A stretch of DNA of 64,000 nt from Bacteroidota bacterium (GTDB lineage Bacteria > Bacteroidota > Ignavibacteria > UBA10030 > UBA8401), in assembly GCA_005792285.1 (NCBI GenBank), contig SXSI01000047.1:100368-164367 (forward strand), given 5' to 3'. The position numbers and the translations under genes are program-made. The first letter of the stretch is position 1; each line of letters opens with the position of its first letter. Below the pieces are notes generated by a model. The model was not told the origin of the DNA and searched no databases. It saw nothing but the letters and a program-made list of their open reading frames with translations. Positions 37,810-47,030 of this stretch are shown one piece after another.

Positions 37810-39029
37810 GGTTTTAACAGTACTTTCATTGCTTCACCACTTGCAATTGCACTGAATGCTTTTTCATAATCAGAAAGTGGATATTGATGAGAAATAAATC
37901 CGGAGTTAAGAAATTTTTTGGCCAATCCTTTTCGTAAAATGCGTTCCATTTGATCCCAAGTTTCAAAAACTTTTCTGCCAATTATTCCTTTAACTGTGAT
38001 TCCTTTAAAAATTATATCCTTTGCAAAATTTACAGACATATTTCCTGAAGGTAATCCAAGCAAACTAAATGTGCCACCCATTCTTAATTGCTGAAAAGCA
38101 TTATTATATGCATTGTAATTACCGGACATATCAAGTGCAACATCAACTCCCGTTCGGTTTGTTTTTGTTTTAATTGTTTTTGAAAACTTTTCTCGTTCGC
38201 TATCAATTGCTAAATCAAAACATTTGGTTGCACCAAAATATTCTGCCAACTGAAATCGTTTTGAAATTAAATTCTCATGAGAAAATCCTTCATGAGAAAC
38301 ATCAGTTACAAATATATTTTTTGCACCGGCATATTTTGCAATTGCAGTAGCCATAATTCCTTGCACGCCACAACCAAGAATTAAAACATTTGAATTTTTA
38401 ACAGGAACAGAAAATACTGTATGAGTTGCATTTCCCAAAGCATCCATAAATGCAATCATATCAAGCTGCAATTCATTTTTATGATAAAGCAAAATATTTT
38501 CAACAGGCACAACTATAAATTCTGCAAAAGCTCCATCTTCGTGCACACCTTTAATTTTTGTTTTTTGACAAACATGTTTTTCATTTTGCATGCACTGATA
38601 ACATTTACCGCAAGTAACATGCATTTCCGCAGTTACATTAAAATTAGAAATTATTTTATTAAAATCTTCTTTTCTGTATAAAGTTGAAGGATGATATCCA
38701 GCTAAAAGTTTTTTTGTTGGTTTACTTTTTTTTGCTCGCTCAAATAGTTTTTGTATTAAAATTTTTCTTGCAGAAGTTCCTGCATCAACAATCCAACCCG
38801 AAAATTCATGTCCAACAATTATTCTCTTCAACTTCGCTTTACTCATTTCATGTCGTAAAGAATCTTTGCAATTGTAAATACCAACGTCAGTTCCGCAAAT
38901 AGCTCCGGCATAAACTTTTATTAAAACATCATTCTTAGATTTTATTTCCGGTGACGGAGTATTTATAAATTGAAATCCTTTTTGCCACTCTTTATTCTCA
39001 GTTGGTCTTTCTTTAATTAATGCCTTCAT
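37806..39029 (-). CDS. tdh: L-threonine 3-dehydrogenase-like Zn-dependent dehydrogenase with a basic insertion
   Basis: AICGTD, GHEFSG, CGKCYQC...C, GNATHT, IIFKGITVKGIIGRKVFETW; clustered with kbl. Confidence 0.82.
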   Translation of the reverse strand: MKALIKERPTENKEWQKGFQFINTPSPEIKSKNDVLIKVYAGAICGTDVGIYNCKDSLRHEMSKAKLKRIIVGHEFSGWIVDAGTSARKILIQKLFERAKKSKPTKKLLAGYHPSTLYRKEDFNKIISNFNVTAEMHVTCGKCYQCMQNEKHVCQKTKIKGVHEDGAFAEFIVVPVENILLYHKNELQLDMIAFMDALGNATHTVFSVPVKNSNVLILGCGVQGIMATAIAKYAGAKNIFVTDVSHEGFSHENLISKRFQLAEYFGATKCFDLAIDSEREKFSKTIKTKTNRTGVDVALDMSGNYNAYNNAFQQLRMGGTFSLLGLPSGNMSVNFAKDIIFKGITVKGIIGRKVFETWDQMERILRKGLAKKFLNSGFISHQYPLSDYEKAFSAIASGEAMKVLLKP

Positions 39030-40387
39030 GAAATTTTCTTTAATCTTACTGCAAACGAACCATCCATATCGTGTATATGTGGAAATGTTTCTACGATTCC
39101 TAAATTATTTATAATTTTTGGATTACAAAAACCGACTGCAGATTCAATTTCGAAATTTGTATTTTCAGCAAGAAATTTTTGAACTAATAAATAATTTTCT
39201 TCGGGCTCAATAGTACAGGTGCTATAAACAATTATTCCATCTTTTTTTACCAATTTTGCAGCATTAGTAAGAAGTGCAAATTGAAGTTTTGATAATTTTT
39301 CTAAATCAACAACATCCCTTTTTAATTTGATGTCAGGTTTTTTTGTAATTACTCCTAAACCGGAACAAGGAGCATCAACTAAAACTTTGTCAACTGGTTC
39401 ATGTTCAAATTCACAACCATCACCTGCGATTGGTTCAATAATAGATAAATGCAATCTTTCTGAAGACGACTTTATTAAATTTATTCGTTGACTATATTTT
39501 TCAAGTGCAATTATTTTTCCACTATTATTCATCATTTCCGCCATGAATGTAGATTTTCCACCAGGTGCAGCACAAAGATCAATAATTGTTTCGCCCGGTT
39601 TTGCAGAAATTAGTTGGCACGCAAGTCCTGCACTTTCATCTTGTACAGTAATAAATCCTTGTTTAAAAAGTTCTGAATCAGCAATATCTGCAAACGATGT
39701 TGTTTTAAAAAAAGAAGGCAAGTATTCCGATTGAGTAAAAGTAATATTTTTTGATTTAAGAAATTCACAGAATTCAGCAACCTTCATTTTAAGTGGATTT
39801 ATTCTGAGCGACAACTGAGGTATTTTATTATTCGCAATTAACAATTTTTCGGTTTCATCAAAACCAAATCTATCGAGCCATCTTTTAACAATCCACAATG
39901 GATGCGAATACAAAACAGAAAGATATTGTACTTGGTCTTCTTCTTTTTTAGGAAAATGAATATCGTTTACGTTTCGAATTATATTTCTTAAAACTGCATT
40001 TACAAGATTTGCAGCTTTTTCTCCACGCAAGCGTTTTATAAGTTCGACAGCTTCATTTACAGAAGCATGATGAGGAATTTTTTGCAGATATAGTATTTGG
40101 TATAAAGCTGTACGTAAAGTGTTTTTGATTGGGATTTCAGCTTTTGAAAAATTGCTGTGAAAGAAACCTGTTAACACCCAATCAATTTTTATTTGCCACC
40201 GAAGTACACCATGAACAATTTCATAAAGTAAATTTTTATCTAGATCATTAAATTGTTGGCTGTGAAGTTCGAAATGCAATAATTTATCAAGGTAGGAATC
40301 TGTTCGTTCTACACGATTTAAAATTTTAACAGCTGATCCCCTCACTCCACTAAACAAATCAGTTGAAAAATTTTTTTGGGTTTCCAT
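39026..40387 (-). CDS. rsmB: 16S rRNA m5C967 methyltransferase RsmB
   Basis: NusB-like N-terminus, QDES, DLCAAPGGKS, DAPCSG, YSTCT. Confidence 0.95.
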   Translation of the reverse strand: METQKNFSTDLFSGVRGSAVKILNRVERTDSYLDKLLHFELHSQQFNDLDKNLLYEIVHGVLRWQIKIDWVLTGFFHSNFSKAEIPIKNTLRTALYQILYLQKIPHHASVNEAVELIKRLRGEKAANLVNAVLRNIIRNVNDIHFPKKEEDQVQYLSVLYSHPLWIVKRWLDRFGFDETEKLLIANNKIPQLSLRINPLKMKVAEFCEFLKSKNITFTQSEYLPSFFKTTSFADIADSELFKQGFITVQDESAGLACQLISAKPGETIIDLCAAPGGKSTFMAEMMNNSGKIIALEKYSQRINLIKSSSERLHLSIIEPIAGDGCEFEHEPVDKVLVDAPCSGLGVITKKPDIKLKRDVVDLEKLSKLQFALLTNAAKLVKKDGIIVYSTCTIEPEENYLLVQKFLAENTNFEIESAVGFCNPKIINNLGIVETFPHIHDMDGSFAVRLKKIS

Positions 40388-40392
40388 TGAAT

Positions 40393-40426
40393 AAAAAACG
40401 GAATGTTTTATTCTAACATTCCGTTT
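40393..40426 (-). terminator. Intrinsic terminator after rpmE
   Basis: AAACGGAATGTT-N7-AACATTCCGTTT with a T run on the minus strand, ending a few nt before the rsmB start. Confidence 0.8.
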
Positions 40427-40453
40427 AATTAATTTTAGTTAAAATAATCTAGC

Positions 40454-40654
40454 TTATTTCTTTACGTATTTTTTATTAAAACGCTCAACTCTTCCAGCAC
40501 TATCAATAAGCTTTTGTTTCCCTGTGTAATATGGATGGCATTGTGAGCAGATGTCAACATGTATATCTCCGACAGTACTTCTGGTTTCAAAAATAGTTCC
40601 GCAAACACAAATGACTTTTGCTGGTTTATAAGATGGATGTATTCCTGTTTTCAT
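40454..40654 (-). CDS. rpmE: 50S ribosomal protein L31, Zn-binding type
   Basis: [30 protein letters not shown]. Confidence 0.97.
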   Translation of the reverse strand: MKTGIHPSYKPAKVICVCGTIFETRSTVGDIHVDICSQCHPYYTGKQKLIDSAGRVERFNKKYVKK

Positions 40655-40679
40655 GGTTATTCCTTAAAAAAATAATATG

Positions 40680-40710
40680 CAAATATATAGAATTATTCGT
40701 TACTCTCAAA
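40680..40710 (-). promoter_or_regulatory. Putative rpmE promoter
   Basis: TTTGAGA-N16-TATATTTG on the minus strand (matches the Bacteroidota TAnnTTTG element). Confidence 0.5.
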
Positions 40711-40711
40711 T

Positions 40712-41749
40712 CTATAAAATCTTTTTACGCAAGCTATCCGCTCTTATTTTTCTGAACTTTGCAACATTTTCATTATGCATATCAAATGTTGTTGAAAAAT
40801 TATGCCCACCCAATCCATTGGCTACAAAATAAAAATATTTATGCTTTGCAGGATATAATGCAGCTATAATTGAGGCTCTTCCAGGGTTATTAATTGGTCC
40901 TGGTGGAAGGCCAGTATAAATATAAGTGTTGTAGGGTGAATTTATTTTAAGATCGCTGTACTTTAATCTTCTTGGCCCATTTGAAATAATATATTGAATA
41001 GTTGGATCGGCTTGAAGTGCCATTCTTATTCTCAACCGATTATGATAAACACCACTCACAATTGATCGCTCACTTTTTAATTTTGTTTCTCCTTCAATAA
41101 TTGAAGCCAAAGAAATTACATCTTTTAATGACATTCGCAATTGTACAGCTCGCTGTTTTAAACTATCATGATAAAATCTTTCAAACTCTCGAACCATTCT
41201 TTTTATAATTTCTTCTTCATCTGTTTGCCAAAGTATTTCATAAGTATCCGGCATTAAAAATCCTTCTAATGAATTTATTGATTTAGTGGGAATGTTTAAA
41301 TAAGAATAATTTCTACTTAATTCCATAAATCTAGTTGAATCAATCCCGGCACGCAATTTTAAATAACCAGCTATTTCGCGAAGTCGCAATCCTTCTAAAA
41401 TTGTAATTGACGGAGTTTCGGATCCTTTAACGTCAATAATTCTCTCAAGAATTTTGTAATTACTTTCGCCATCATGAATTAAATATCTTCCCATTTTAAT
41501 TTCATTATGATAACCAAATAATATCCCTGCTACTTTAAAAAATAATGGCTTACTGATAATTCCCTCATCAGTGAATCTTGTAATTACATTTTGAAAAGTT
41601 TCATTTTTATTTATAACTACATATTTCGATTTTTTATTTAAATAGTTTGGTGAGAAAAGTAGTAAGTAAATGAAAATTGAAAAAAATAAAATTAATTCTC
41701 CGACAATTAGAATTTTAATAAACGATCTCTTTTTCAGGAATAAACTCAT
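40712..41749 (-). CDS. mltG: Endolytic murein transglycosylase MltG
   Basis: N-terminal TM, LEGFLMPDTY, LASIIEGE, LQADPT, SPYNTY, GLPPGPI. Confidence 0.95.
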   Translation of the reverse strand: MSLFLKKRSFIKILIVGELILFFSIFIYLLLFSPNYLNKKSKYVVINKNETFQNVITRFTDEGIISKPLFFKVAGILFGYHNEIKMGRYLIHDGESNYKILERIIDVKGSETPSITILEGLRLREIAGYLKLRAGIDSTRFMELSRNYSYLNIPTKSINSLEGFLMPDTYEILWQTDEEEIIKRMVREFERFYHDSLKQRAVQLRMSLKDVISLASIIEGETKLKSERSIVSGVYHNRLRIRMALQADPTIQYIISNGPRRLKYSDLKINSPYNTYIYTGLPPGPINNPGRASIIAALYPAKHKYFYFVANGLGGHNFSTTFDMHNENVAKFRKIRADSLRKKIL

Positions 41750-42768
41750 GCTAATATTAAATCGGGGACAGCTGAAACTGTCAGTGAAGATTTAAATCCG
41801 GATAAATATTTTCGATATCCAACATTTGCAATCATAGCGCCATTATCGGTGCAGTAAGCCATTTTTGGAATAAAAATATTTTTTTCATTTTCTTTACCAA
41901 TTGTATAAAACCGATTTCTTAATTCTGAATTTGCTGAAACACCACCTGCAATTGCAATATCTGTAATATCATATTTTTTTGCAGCGGACATTGTTTTTTT
42001 TACAATTGAATCCACTACAGTTTTTTGAAAGCTTGCACAAATATTATTAACGGTTTCTTGCGGCAACCCATTTTTATAATCTGGATAATTTTCCTTTAAA
42101 TAATAGAGCACGGATGTTTTTATTCCACTAAAACTAAAGTTGAAATTTCCTTCTTGCGGAAAAGCAGTTGGAAAAGAAATTGATTTATTATCACCCGAGA
42201 CTGCTAACTTATCAATTATCGGACCACCTGGATATGTTAAATTTAATAACTTAGCAACTTTATCAAATGCTTCACCAACTGCATCATCTTTTGTTTCACC
42301 AATAATTTCATATTTAAAATCTGAATTAACTATAATTAATTGGGTGTGACCACCAGAAATAATTAAAGCTAAAAATGGAAAATTAGGTTTTTCGTCTTCC
42401 AGAAAAGTAGAATAAATATGTGCTTCAATATGATTAACTGCGATATAAGGAATTTGCAAACCGAATGCATAAAATTTAGAAAAATTAACTCCAACCAAAA
42501 GTGAACCCATTAAACCCGGTCCATTTGTAAATGCTACTGCATCTAAATCAGTTGCACTAATTTTTGCAATTTCCAATGCTTGGTTAACCACCGGGATTAT
42601 ATATTTTTGGTGAGCTCGCGATGCTAGCTCAGGAACAACACCACCATATCTGAAGTGAAATTGTTGTGAAGATACAATATTAGAAATAATTTTTCCATCT
42701 TGCATAATAGCAGCTGATGTCTCATCGCAAGATGATTCAATTCCAAGTATTGTAATTTGTTTGTTCAT
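41746..42768 (-). CDS. tsaD: tRNA threonylcarbamoyltransferase TsaD
   Basis: LGIESSCDET, GGVVPELASR, HIEAH, SGGHT, DDAVGEAFDK, CTDNGAMI; start set at MNKQ. Confidence 0.97.
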   Translation of the reverse strand: MNKQITILGIESSCDETSAAIMQDGKIISNIVSSQQFHFRYGGVVPELASRAHQKYIIPVVNQALEIAKISATDLDAVAFTNGPGLMGSLLVGVNFSKFYAFGLQIPYIAVNHIEAHIYSTFLEDEKPNFPFLALIISGGHTQLIIVNSDFKYEIIGETKDDAVGEAFDKVAKLLNLTYPGGPIIDKLAVSGDNKSISFPTAFPQEGNFNFSFSGIKTSVLYYLKENYPDYKNGLPQETVNNICASFQKTVVDSIVKKTMSAAKKYDITDIAIAGGVSANSELRNRFYTIGKENEKNIFIPKMAYCTDNGAMIANVGYRKYLSGFKSSLTVSAVPDLILA

Positions 42769-42851
42769 GCTCCAAATATACAAAAAGATTTTAAGATGAA
42801 TAAGTTAATCGAATTCTTGAAGCATCTACTCTTTTTATTTAGATTACATCA

Positions 42852-44285
42852 ATGTTTATCAAATTAAAATATATATTTTCGGTTGTAATAATTTTCCTTA
42901 TTACTGGATGTGGAATTACTTCTCCTCAATTAACAACTACTAATTTCAAAGATAAAATCGATTTAATATTAAGAGACTCTATTTTCGATGCTTCACAAGT
43001 TGGCATTAAAGTAGTATCACTTAAAAATAATCGTGTTTTATATTCCAAAAATGAAAAGTTATTACTCCGACCGGCTTCTAATTTAAAATTAATTACAAGT
43101 GCTGCTGCGCTTTCTGTTTTAAAGGACACATTTCAATTCCGTACAGAATTTTATTTTGATTCGTTAACTTCATCACTATTTATAAAAGGAAGTGGCAATC
43201 CATTATTTACCTCCGAAGATATTGCAAAATCTGTTTCGCAACTTAAATCTAATGGACTTAAGCAAATAAATGGAAATGTGGTTGGTGATATTTCTATTTT
43301 TGATTCTACTCAATGGGGAGAAGGTTGGATGTGGGACGATGAACCTTTTGAGTATGCAGCATATAATTCTCCACTCACAATAAATAATAATTGCATAAAA
43401 ATAATTACAACTCCTTCCAATATAATTGGTGGTAAATTAAATATTCAGACTCTTCCACAAACTTCATTTGTAAATATTATTAATGATGGCATAACTTCTA
43501 ATTCAGAGAGTCCAAATAATCTTAATGTGACAAGAAAATTTTATGAGAGAAGTAACGATATTGTTGTCAAGGGAAATATGAAATTAAATTCTTCTCCCGA
43601 TACAACTAAATTAACAGTACTTCATCCGGAAAAATATTTTGTAACATTATTATATGAAGAACTATTGCGACAAGGAATCACAATTAAAGGAAAGCCAATT
43701 ATAAGCACAATCCCAAATACCGCTAAATTAAAATACGTTCATTTTCAATCAATTGATTCCGTTTTAGTTAATTTTAATAAAGTCAGCGATAATCTTACAG
43801 GTGAAAATTTATTAAAATTACTTGGCAAAGAATTAAATAAAAATATTGGTACAACTAAATCTGGAATTAATAATGTTTATAATTTTCTTAATAAAATAGG
43901 AATTGATACTTCGAAATTTTTGATGGTTGACGGTTCCGGTATGTCGCATTATAATCTTGTAACTGCAGAGATGTACATAAAATTACTTCGCGCAATGTAT
44001 AATGATAAAAATAATTTTCAACTTTTTTATAAATCCCTTCCAATTGGTGGAGTTGATGGAACCCTTTCAAATCGGATGAAAAATGGAAATGCGTTTAAAA
44101 ATGTTCATGCCAAAACCGGAAGTATTGGTGGAGTTAGCACGCTATCGGGATATGTTACGACATCAAATAATGATTTACTTGCTTTCTCAATTATGATGCA
44201 AAATTTTATCGGATCTGCTAAAGAATATCGTAACGCTCAGGATAAAATCTGCGAAATACTCTCATCGATTTCAGATTCTTTATAA
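42852..44285 (+). CDS. dacB: D-Ala-D-Ala carboxypeptidase/endopeptidase PBP4 (S13), lipoprotein
   Basis: PASNLK (SxxK), SDN, DGSGMS, AKTG; lipobox ITG|C. Confidence 0.93.
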   Translation: MFIKLKYIFSVVIIFLITGCGITSPQLTTTNFKDKIDLILRDSIFDASQVGIKVVSLKNNRVLYSKNEKLLLRPASNLKLITSAAALSVLKDTFQFRTEFYFDSLTSSLFIKGSGNPLFTSEDIAKSVSQLKSNGLKQINGNVVGDISIFDSTQWGEGWMWDDEPFEYAAYNSPLTINNNCIKIITTPSNIIGGKLNIQTLPQTSFVNIINDGITSNSESPNNLNVTRKFYERSNDIVVKGNMKLNSSPDTTKLTVLHPEKYFVTLLYEELLRQGITIKGKPIISTIPNTAKLKYVHFQSIDSVLVNFNKVSDNLTGENLLKLLGKELNKNIGTTKSGINNVYNFLNKIGIDTSKFLMVDGSGMSHYNLVTAEMYIKLLRAMYNDKNNFQLFYKSLPIGGVDGTLSNRMKNGNAFKNVHAKTGSIGGVSTLSGYVTTSNNDLLAFSIMMQNFIGSAKEYRNAQDKICEILSSISDSL

Positions 44286-45229
44286 TGCGTAATTTATTTA
44301 TTGTTTCAATATTTATTTTTTTTCTTATTTCATGTGATAATCAAAATAAATTAAGCACGCCAAATAAAAATATCAGCAGTTCAGATACTATGCATTTACT
44401 TTTTAATAAAGATTCAGCTTGGAATTATTTATTAAAACAGACATCATTTGGTCCACGAAATCCCAATTCTGTCGGCCATCAAAGATGTTTAACTTATCTT
44501 CATAATGAATTAAAACAATCAACAAAAACTCAGCTTTTTCAATTTCAACAAGTAGGTTATAATGAAAATCTTTATTTAACAAATATTTTTGCCTCTTTTC
44601 GTCCTGAATTAAAAAATAGAATTTTACTTCTTGCACATTGGGATACAAGACCAAGAAGTGAAAATGATAAAATTATTTCTAAAAGATCAGATCCTTTAAT
44701 TGGTGCAAATGATGGAGCTAGTGGAGTTGCAGTTTTGTTGGAAATTGCCAGAATTTTAAAATATAATCCACCCCCAATTGGAATTGATATTCTATTTGTT
44801 GATGGAGAAGATTACGGGATTAAACAAGATTTGGAATATTATTCTTTAGGAGCAAAACATTTTGCAAAAAATAAACCTGCTTCATATCATCCTCAATATG
44901 CAATCCTACTTGATATGGTTGGAGATAAAGATTTACAAATTAATACTGAAATAAATTCAATGAAGTTTGCTCCAGGTTTATCCAAAGAAGTTTGGCGAAG
45001 AGCCGAACAACTTAAACTAAGTCAGTTTAATCCGGAACCGAAATATGAAATTTACGATGATCATATTGTTTTAAATGAATATGGAATTCCAACAATTGAT
45101 TTAATAGACTTCGATTATCCTTATTGGCATACAACTGAAGATACTCCAGATAAATGCAGTAAAGAAAGTCTTGATGTAGTTGGAAAACTAATATTAAATA
45201 TTATATTTAATCCACCACCTCACATTTAA
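44285..45229 (+). CDS. M28-family lipoprotein, probable glutaminyl-peptide cyclotransferase
   Basis: Lipobox LIS|C; AHWDTRP, GANDGASG, DGEDYG, LDMVG, DDH, WHTTED. Confidence 0.8.
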   Translation: MRNLFIVSIFIFFLISCDNQNKLSTPNKNISSSDTMHLLFNKDSAWNYLLKQTSFGPRNPNSVGHQRCLTYLHNELKQSTKTQLFQFQQVGYNENLYLTNIFASFRPELKNRILLLAHWDTRPRSENDKIISKRSDPLIGANDGASGVAVLLEIARILKYNPPPIGIDILFVDGEDYGIKQDLEYYSLGAKHFAKNKPASYHPQYAILLDMVGDKDLQINTEINSMKFAPGLSKEVWRRAEQLKLSQFNPEPKYEIYDDHIVLNEYGIPTIDLIDFDYPYWHTTEDTPDKCSKESLDVVGKLILNIIFNPPPHI

Positions 45230-45237
45230 ATAATTTT

Positions 45238-46089
45238 TTGACTGATACTTATCTTGAAATAACTATTTTTTCTCCTCCCGATGAGACACTCAGAGAAACA
45301 ATTTCTGCAGAGTTGTATGATTTTAATTTTTTAGGAATAAAAGAAGAAGCTGATTTTCTTTTTTGTTACGTAAATAAAAATGATTGGAATGAAAACAAAA
45401 TAAATGAATTAACAAAAACATTAAGCGACTATTCTGATCTTGTTCAATTGCACGAAATAAAAGAACTCGCCACTGTAAATTGGAATGAGAATTGGGAGAA
45501 ATCTATTCAGCCTATGAAAGTCGGAAAGAATTTTATTATTACTCCATCTTGGCATAATGTAGATTCCAAAAATGAAATCGTAATTACAATCGATCCTAAA
45601 ATGTCATTTGGAACTGGTTATCACGAAACAACTCGACTTATGTTAACGCATCTCGAATCAACAAAACTTAAAATTGGAAATGTACTCGATGTTGGAACAG
45701 GAACTGGAATATTAGCAATTGCCGCTTCAAAATTGGGCTTTAAATCGATTATTGCATTGGATATTGATGAATGGTCATATGTTAATGCAAAAGAGAACGT
45801 AGAGAAAAATGATTGTTCGAATAATATTTTAGTTCATAAAGGTGATCTGAATTCGCTTGTGCATAATAATAATTATGATCTTATTTTATGCAATATTTTT
45901 AGAATAACTATTATAGAACTACTTCCAACTCTTTCGACACTTTTAAATTCTAATGGTAAAATAATTCTGTCAGGATTTTTAGAAAATGAGCATTCGTTTA
46001 TTAAAGAAGCAATCAATAATTGTAATTTAATTATCGATTCGCAAACAGTTGATAATAGTTGGGAGTGTTTAACAGTTTCTAAAAAATGA
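45238..46089 (+). CDS. prmA: Ribosomal protein L11 methyltransferase
   Basis: NWNENWE, IDPKMSFGTGYHETT, LDVGTGTGILAI. Confidence 0.94.
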   Translation: MTDTYLEITIFSPPDETLRETISAELYDFNFLGIKEEADFLFCYVNKNDWNENKINELTKTLSDYSDLVQLHEIKELATVNWNENWEKSIQPMKVGKNFIITPSWHNVDSKNEIVITIDPKMSFGTGYHETTRLMLTHLESTKLKIGNVLDVGTGTGILAIAASKLGFKSIIALDIDEWSYVNAKENVEKNDCSNNILVHKGDLNSLVHNNNYDLILCNIFRITIIELLPTLSTLLNSNGKIILSGFLENEHSFIKEAINNCNLIIDSQTVDNSWECLTVSKK

Positions 46090-47030
46090 GAATTGCATCA
46101 ATTGATATTGGAACAAATACAATTCTGTTATTAATAGCAGAAGTAACTAAAAAGGATGAAAGATTATATTTAGAATCAATTTTTCAAAAGCAATATATTC
46201 CAAGAATTGGAAGAAATACTGACTCAAGTGGTTTAATTCAAGAAAAAGCGTTTTCCGATTGCGAACAAATTCTAAATGAATATAAAATTCTCGCAGAAAA
46301 ATACGATTGCCAAAATATTATAGCCACAGGTACAAGCGCTTTACGCGATGCAAACAACAAAGATGAGTTTATTAAACATCAATTCAATAAAACTGGAATT
46401 CGAATTTCTATTTTAAGCGGAGAAGAAGAAGCGCAATGTACTTTTAAAGGGGCTTTAACTAATATTTTTGATGATAATAAATATTGTGTAATTGATATTG
46501 GTGGAGGAAGTACAGAAATTTCACACGGAACTAATAATGAACTGCAATTCCATAAAAGTATAAATATCGGTGCTGTTAGAGTTACTGAACGTTTTTTTAC
46601 AAAACTACCGATTTCCGATAATTCATTTAAAGATGCAATATCTTTTATTCACGAGAATATAAATATTTTATCAGAAAATAATTTTAGTGATTCTAAATTT
46701 ATTGCCGTTGCTGGCACAGCAACTACGTTAGCTAAAATTGATCTAAAGTTAAGTCTGTTTAATTATGAGTTAATTGAAAATTATAAGTTAAAATTGGAAT
46801 CAATAAATAATAGTATCAATCATCTTAAAACTTTGACACTTAGTGAAATTGAGGCAATTCCTTATATAACTAAAGGAAGAAGCGATGTAATTTTAGCAGG
46901 CGCTTTAATTCTTAAAGAAATTCTTACTTTTTTATCGGTTTATGTTGTAAATGTAAATACGAAGGGATTGAGATTTGGAACTTCACTACGCGAAGCAAAT
47001 AAATTATTTTTTAATTCGCTCGACAATTAA
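46086..47030 (+). CDS. ppx: Ppx/GppA family phosphatase (short form)
   Basis: IDIGTNT, TSALRDA, GEEEA, DIGGGSTE, GRSDVILAG. Confidence 0.9.
   Translation: MRIASIDIGTNTILLLIAEVTKKDERLYLESIFQKQYIPRIGRNTDSSGLIQEKAFSDCEQILNEYKILAEKYDCQNIIATGTSALRDANNKDEFIKHQFNKTGIRISILSGEEEAQCTFKGALTNIFDDNKYCVIDIGGGSTEISHGTNNELQFHKSINIGAVRVTERFFTKLPISDNSFKDAISFIHENINILSENNFSDSKFIAVAGTATTLAKIDLKLSLFNYELIENYKLKLESINNSINHLKTLTLSEIEAIPYITKGRSDVILAGALILKEILTFLSVYVVNVNTKGLRFGTSLREANKLFFNSLDN

Noticed and set aside
38637-38777. Intein or intron in tdh
   Set aside because: Too short, no C/S...HN splice motifs, and the frame is uninterrupted. Kept only as a loop insertion.
47004-47030. 27-nt convergent overlap of ppx and iscS
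   Set aside because: Short 3' overlaps are ordinary in compact AT-rich genomes, and both proteins appear complete.
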